From Paraspadella gotoi (Eukaryota; Animalia; Chaetognatha): DNA of 23,395 nt. Under the pieces are notes generated by a model. The model did not search any database. It was not told the DNA's origin and saw nothing but the letters and a program-made list of their open reading frames with translations. Below, piece by piece: positions 22,630 to 23,395 of this stretch (within the stretch, counting starts at the first letter, position 1; each line of letters begins with the position of its first letter). A program made the position numbers and the translations under genes. The DNA is taken from assembly GCA_051294375.1 (NCBI GenBank), contig CM119264.1:469706-493100 (forward strand), read 5' to 3'.

Positions 22630-23340
22630 CTCAAACAAAAAAAAAAAAACAAAATACTTTTTTTTGTTTTGTTTTCTTTTATTAATTTTCTTTTATTAAT
22701 TTCTCTCGGGTTATTAAATCCAAAACAAGTTTCTTTGAATTTCTTTTTTTGTTCTAATTATAGCTCAAGGATCAGGTTTCAATTTTTAATCAAGTTTTAT
22801 TGCCCCTGTAAAGGTCGAAAAACTATTCACCAAGTGGTTGCCCCTTGGGGTCACCCCTGGGCATGTTGCGTTAGGGGCACCCCTAAATGATTAAAACACT
22901 TTTCCTCCTGGGATAGACCTCCTCAGGGGGCAGCCTCTTTTATCGCCCCATTGGGAAGCCTTTTTGAGCGACGGTATATCTCGTAAGAAACGACTTCATA
23001 TTTTTTGCTATAAACTTTTTATAATGCAGTATTCAATCTTTTTAAAAATATATACTCTGTTCATGTAGAATTATAAGTTATTTAATAAATCGCAACTATT
23101 TTGTTCTGGCTTAATGGTCGCTTACAACCTGACATAATAGAATTTAATTATCAAAATAATTAGCATATTTTTAATATTTTTTTGCTTTTTTAAATATACA
23201 TTTTTATTTTTATTAATGCACTTATTAAGATTTGGATAATTTATATCAATTTAAAATGTTTTATTTAATTTTTTTAATAAAGTTTATTTTAAAATATAAA
23301 ACATAATATGGTGGACTAAAATCCACCAACCGTTCATCAG

Positions 23341-23395
23341 CGGCCATTTGGTGCCTGAGGCAAGTCATTTGCCTCCCAACCCAAAGGTCCGGGGT
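23341..23395 (+). mobile_element. Probable tRNA-derived SINE head, truncated by the window end
   Basis: A-box-like TGGTGCCTGAGG, then TTGCCTCCCAACC, then AGGTCCGGGGT leading into where a GTTCRA B box would lie; the B box itself is outside the window. Confidence 0.4.

Overview
AT-rich, intron-containing animal (metazoan) genomic scaffold with several N gaps and many (AG)n/(CT)n tracts. Two apparently intact spliced genes lie on +: a 5-exon MARCH2/3-like RING-CH membrane E3 ligase (11521-14724, 478 aa) and, 350 bp downstream, a Pro-rich / membrane-segment / Cys-rich-tail protein (15075-16758). On - lies a frameshifted locus that joins three C2H2 zinc fingers to a nuclear-receptor DNA-binding domain with no visible ligand-binding domain (~20458-22629). 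A broken C3HC4 RING remnant sits at the left edge. The non-coding DNA holds several Penelope-type minimal hammerhead ribozyme motifs, one intact at 7714-7756 (-). Several sit in inverted repeats built from the sequence just 3' of the cleavage site, and one arm starts exactly at the predicted cleavage position. Also present: minisatellites, degenerate TAACCC tracts, two hairpin-dense GC-rich islands and a probable tRNA-derived SINE head. All calls are by eye; no database searches were run.
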